64,000 nucleotides of DNA from positions 2,666,001 through 2,730,000 of the forward strand of contig CM060733.1 of NCBI GenBank assembly GCA_030704615.1, written 5' to 3'. Every line of letters starts with the position of its first letter. The stretch's first letter is position 1. A program made the translations under genes and the position numbers. The DNA is from Takakia lepidozioides. Its lineage: Eukaryota; Plantae; Bryophyta. The notes beneath the pieces are model-generated. The model saw nothing but the letters and a program-made list of their open reading frames with translations. It had not been told where the DNA came from and searched no databases. Below are positions 63,434-64,000 of this stretch, in pieces.

Positions 63434-64000
63434 TGTCGCGGCCCTTTGCCTTGAGGGCAGGGGGTCGGGACACATGAGGGGCTGCCCCTGTAGTGGGGGC
63501 AGCGGCAGCGATAGGTATGGGGGGCTGAAGCACCCTTGAGTGCCCAAGGCACTCAAGGAGGCGGAGGCGCTCACTAGGTCGAGCCCCGCACACCGGGTTG
63601 CGGTGGGGGTGGCTCCACAAGGGGTGGTGGTAGCTTAGCGGGACTTAGTGGGGGTGACATAGGACTCACCATGGGGGCGGAGACCTCGTGGTGGGAGTCG
63701 TGGGGAGTCTTGGGACTCATCACGGTCCATAGGGGCCGTGATGAGTGGGCCAAGACTCACCGCGACTCATCACCGGGAGTCGAGGGTTTTCGTGGTGGTT
63801 CGCCATAAAATGGCATGGCTGGTTATGAAACCCCCGCGGACAGCTACAAAAGTATATATAGGGAGTAGTAACCCCGAGAACGGTGCAAGCCCGTTGGTGA
63901 CCAAAAACTAGTGAGTAAGCGAACGAGCCGGAAAGCGACCAAAGAGTGGGGAGCTGTTCCGGACTGCCATCTACCAAAGGGAATTCTCCTAGTCCCAAAT
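63434..64000 (+). repeat. LTR of family B (runs off window)
   Basis: Starts TGTCGCGGCCC and matches the three LTR pieces at 18496, 25146 and 43818. Confidence 0.9.

Overview
A 64-kb plant nuclear region (PLS-class PPR fragments point to a land plant, probably non-seed; this is inference). I found no intact host gene. It is a nest of transposable elements whose order can largely be read from termini and target-site duplications (TSDs). (1) A truncated chromodomain Ty3/Gypsy (824-3665, -) is followed by a ~120-bp satellite (4620-6108 and 18123-18495). (2) Two copies of an unusual Ty3/Gypsy family (6109-18122 +, 25218-43817 -) encode a DNMT3-like C5-cytosine methyltransferase upstream of RT. Copy 1 shows it between protease and RT and also has a C-terminal PHD finger. 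Both copies have a self-complementary (non-tRNA) primer-binding site (PBS) and permuted termini (A-internal-B-A-B in copy 1; B1 is deleted in copy 2) with 4-bp TSDs (perfect in copy 1). This looks like integration of a 2-LTR circle opened at a GACA-GC-TGTC site inside the LTR. (3) A conventional tRNA-Met-primed Ty3/Gypsy (18496-46310) has its LTR and RT interrupted by other elements. (4) Two copies of a non-autonomous CACTA carry PPR fragments (18738-25145; 46311 to at least 63433). (5) Two near-identical 12-13.5-kb Mutator-like elements (30720-42964, 47130-60587) encode a GCM-MULE-SWIM transposase and, divergently, a spliced gene with an N-terminal ParB/Srx-like domain and a C-terminal beta-class N4/N6 DNA-methyltransferase-like domain. 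Arrays of a 22-bp perfect palindrome separate the two genes. Two unrelated TE classes in one window therefore carry DNA methyltransferase domains of different chemistry. Many 1-nt frameshifts may be assembly errors. All domain calls are by motif recognition, not database search.
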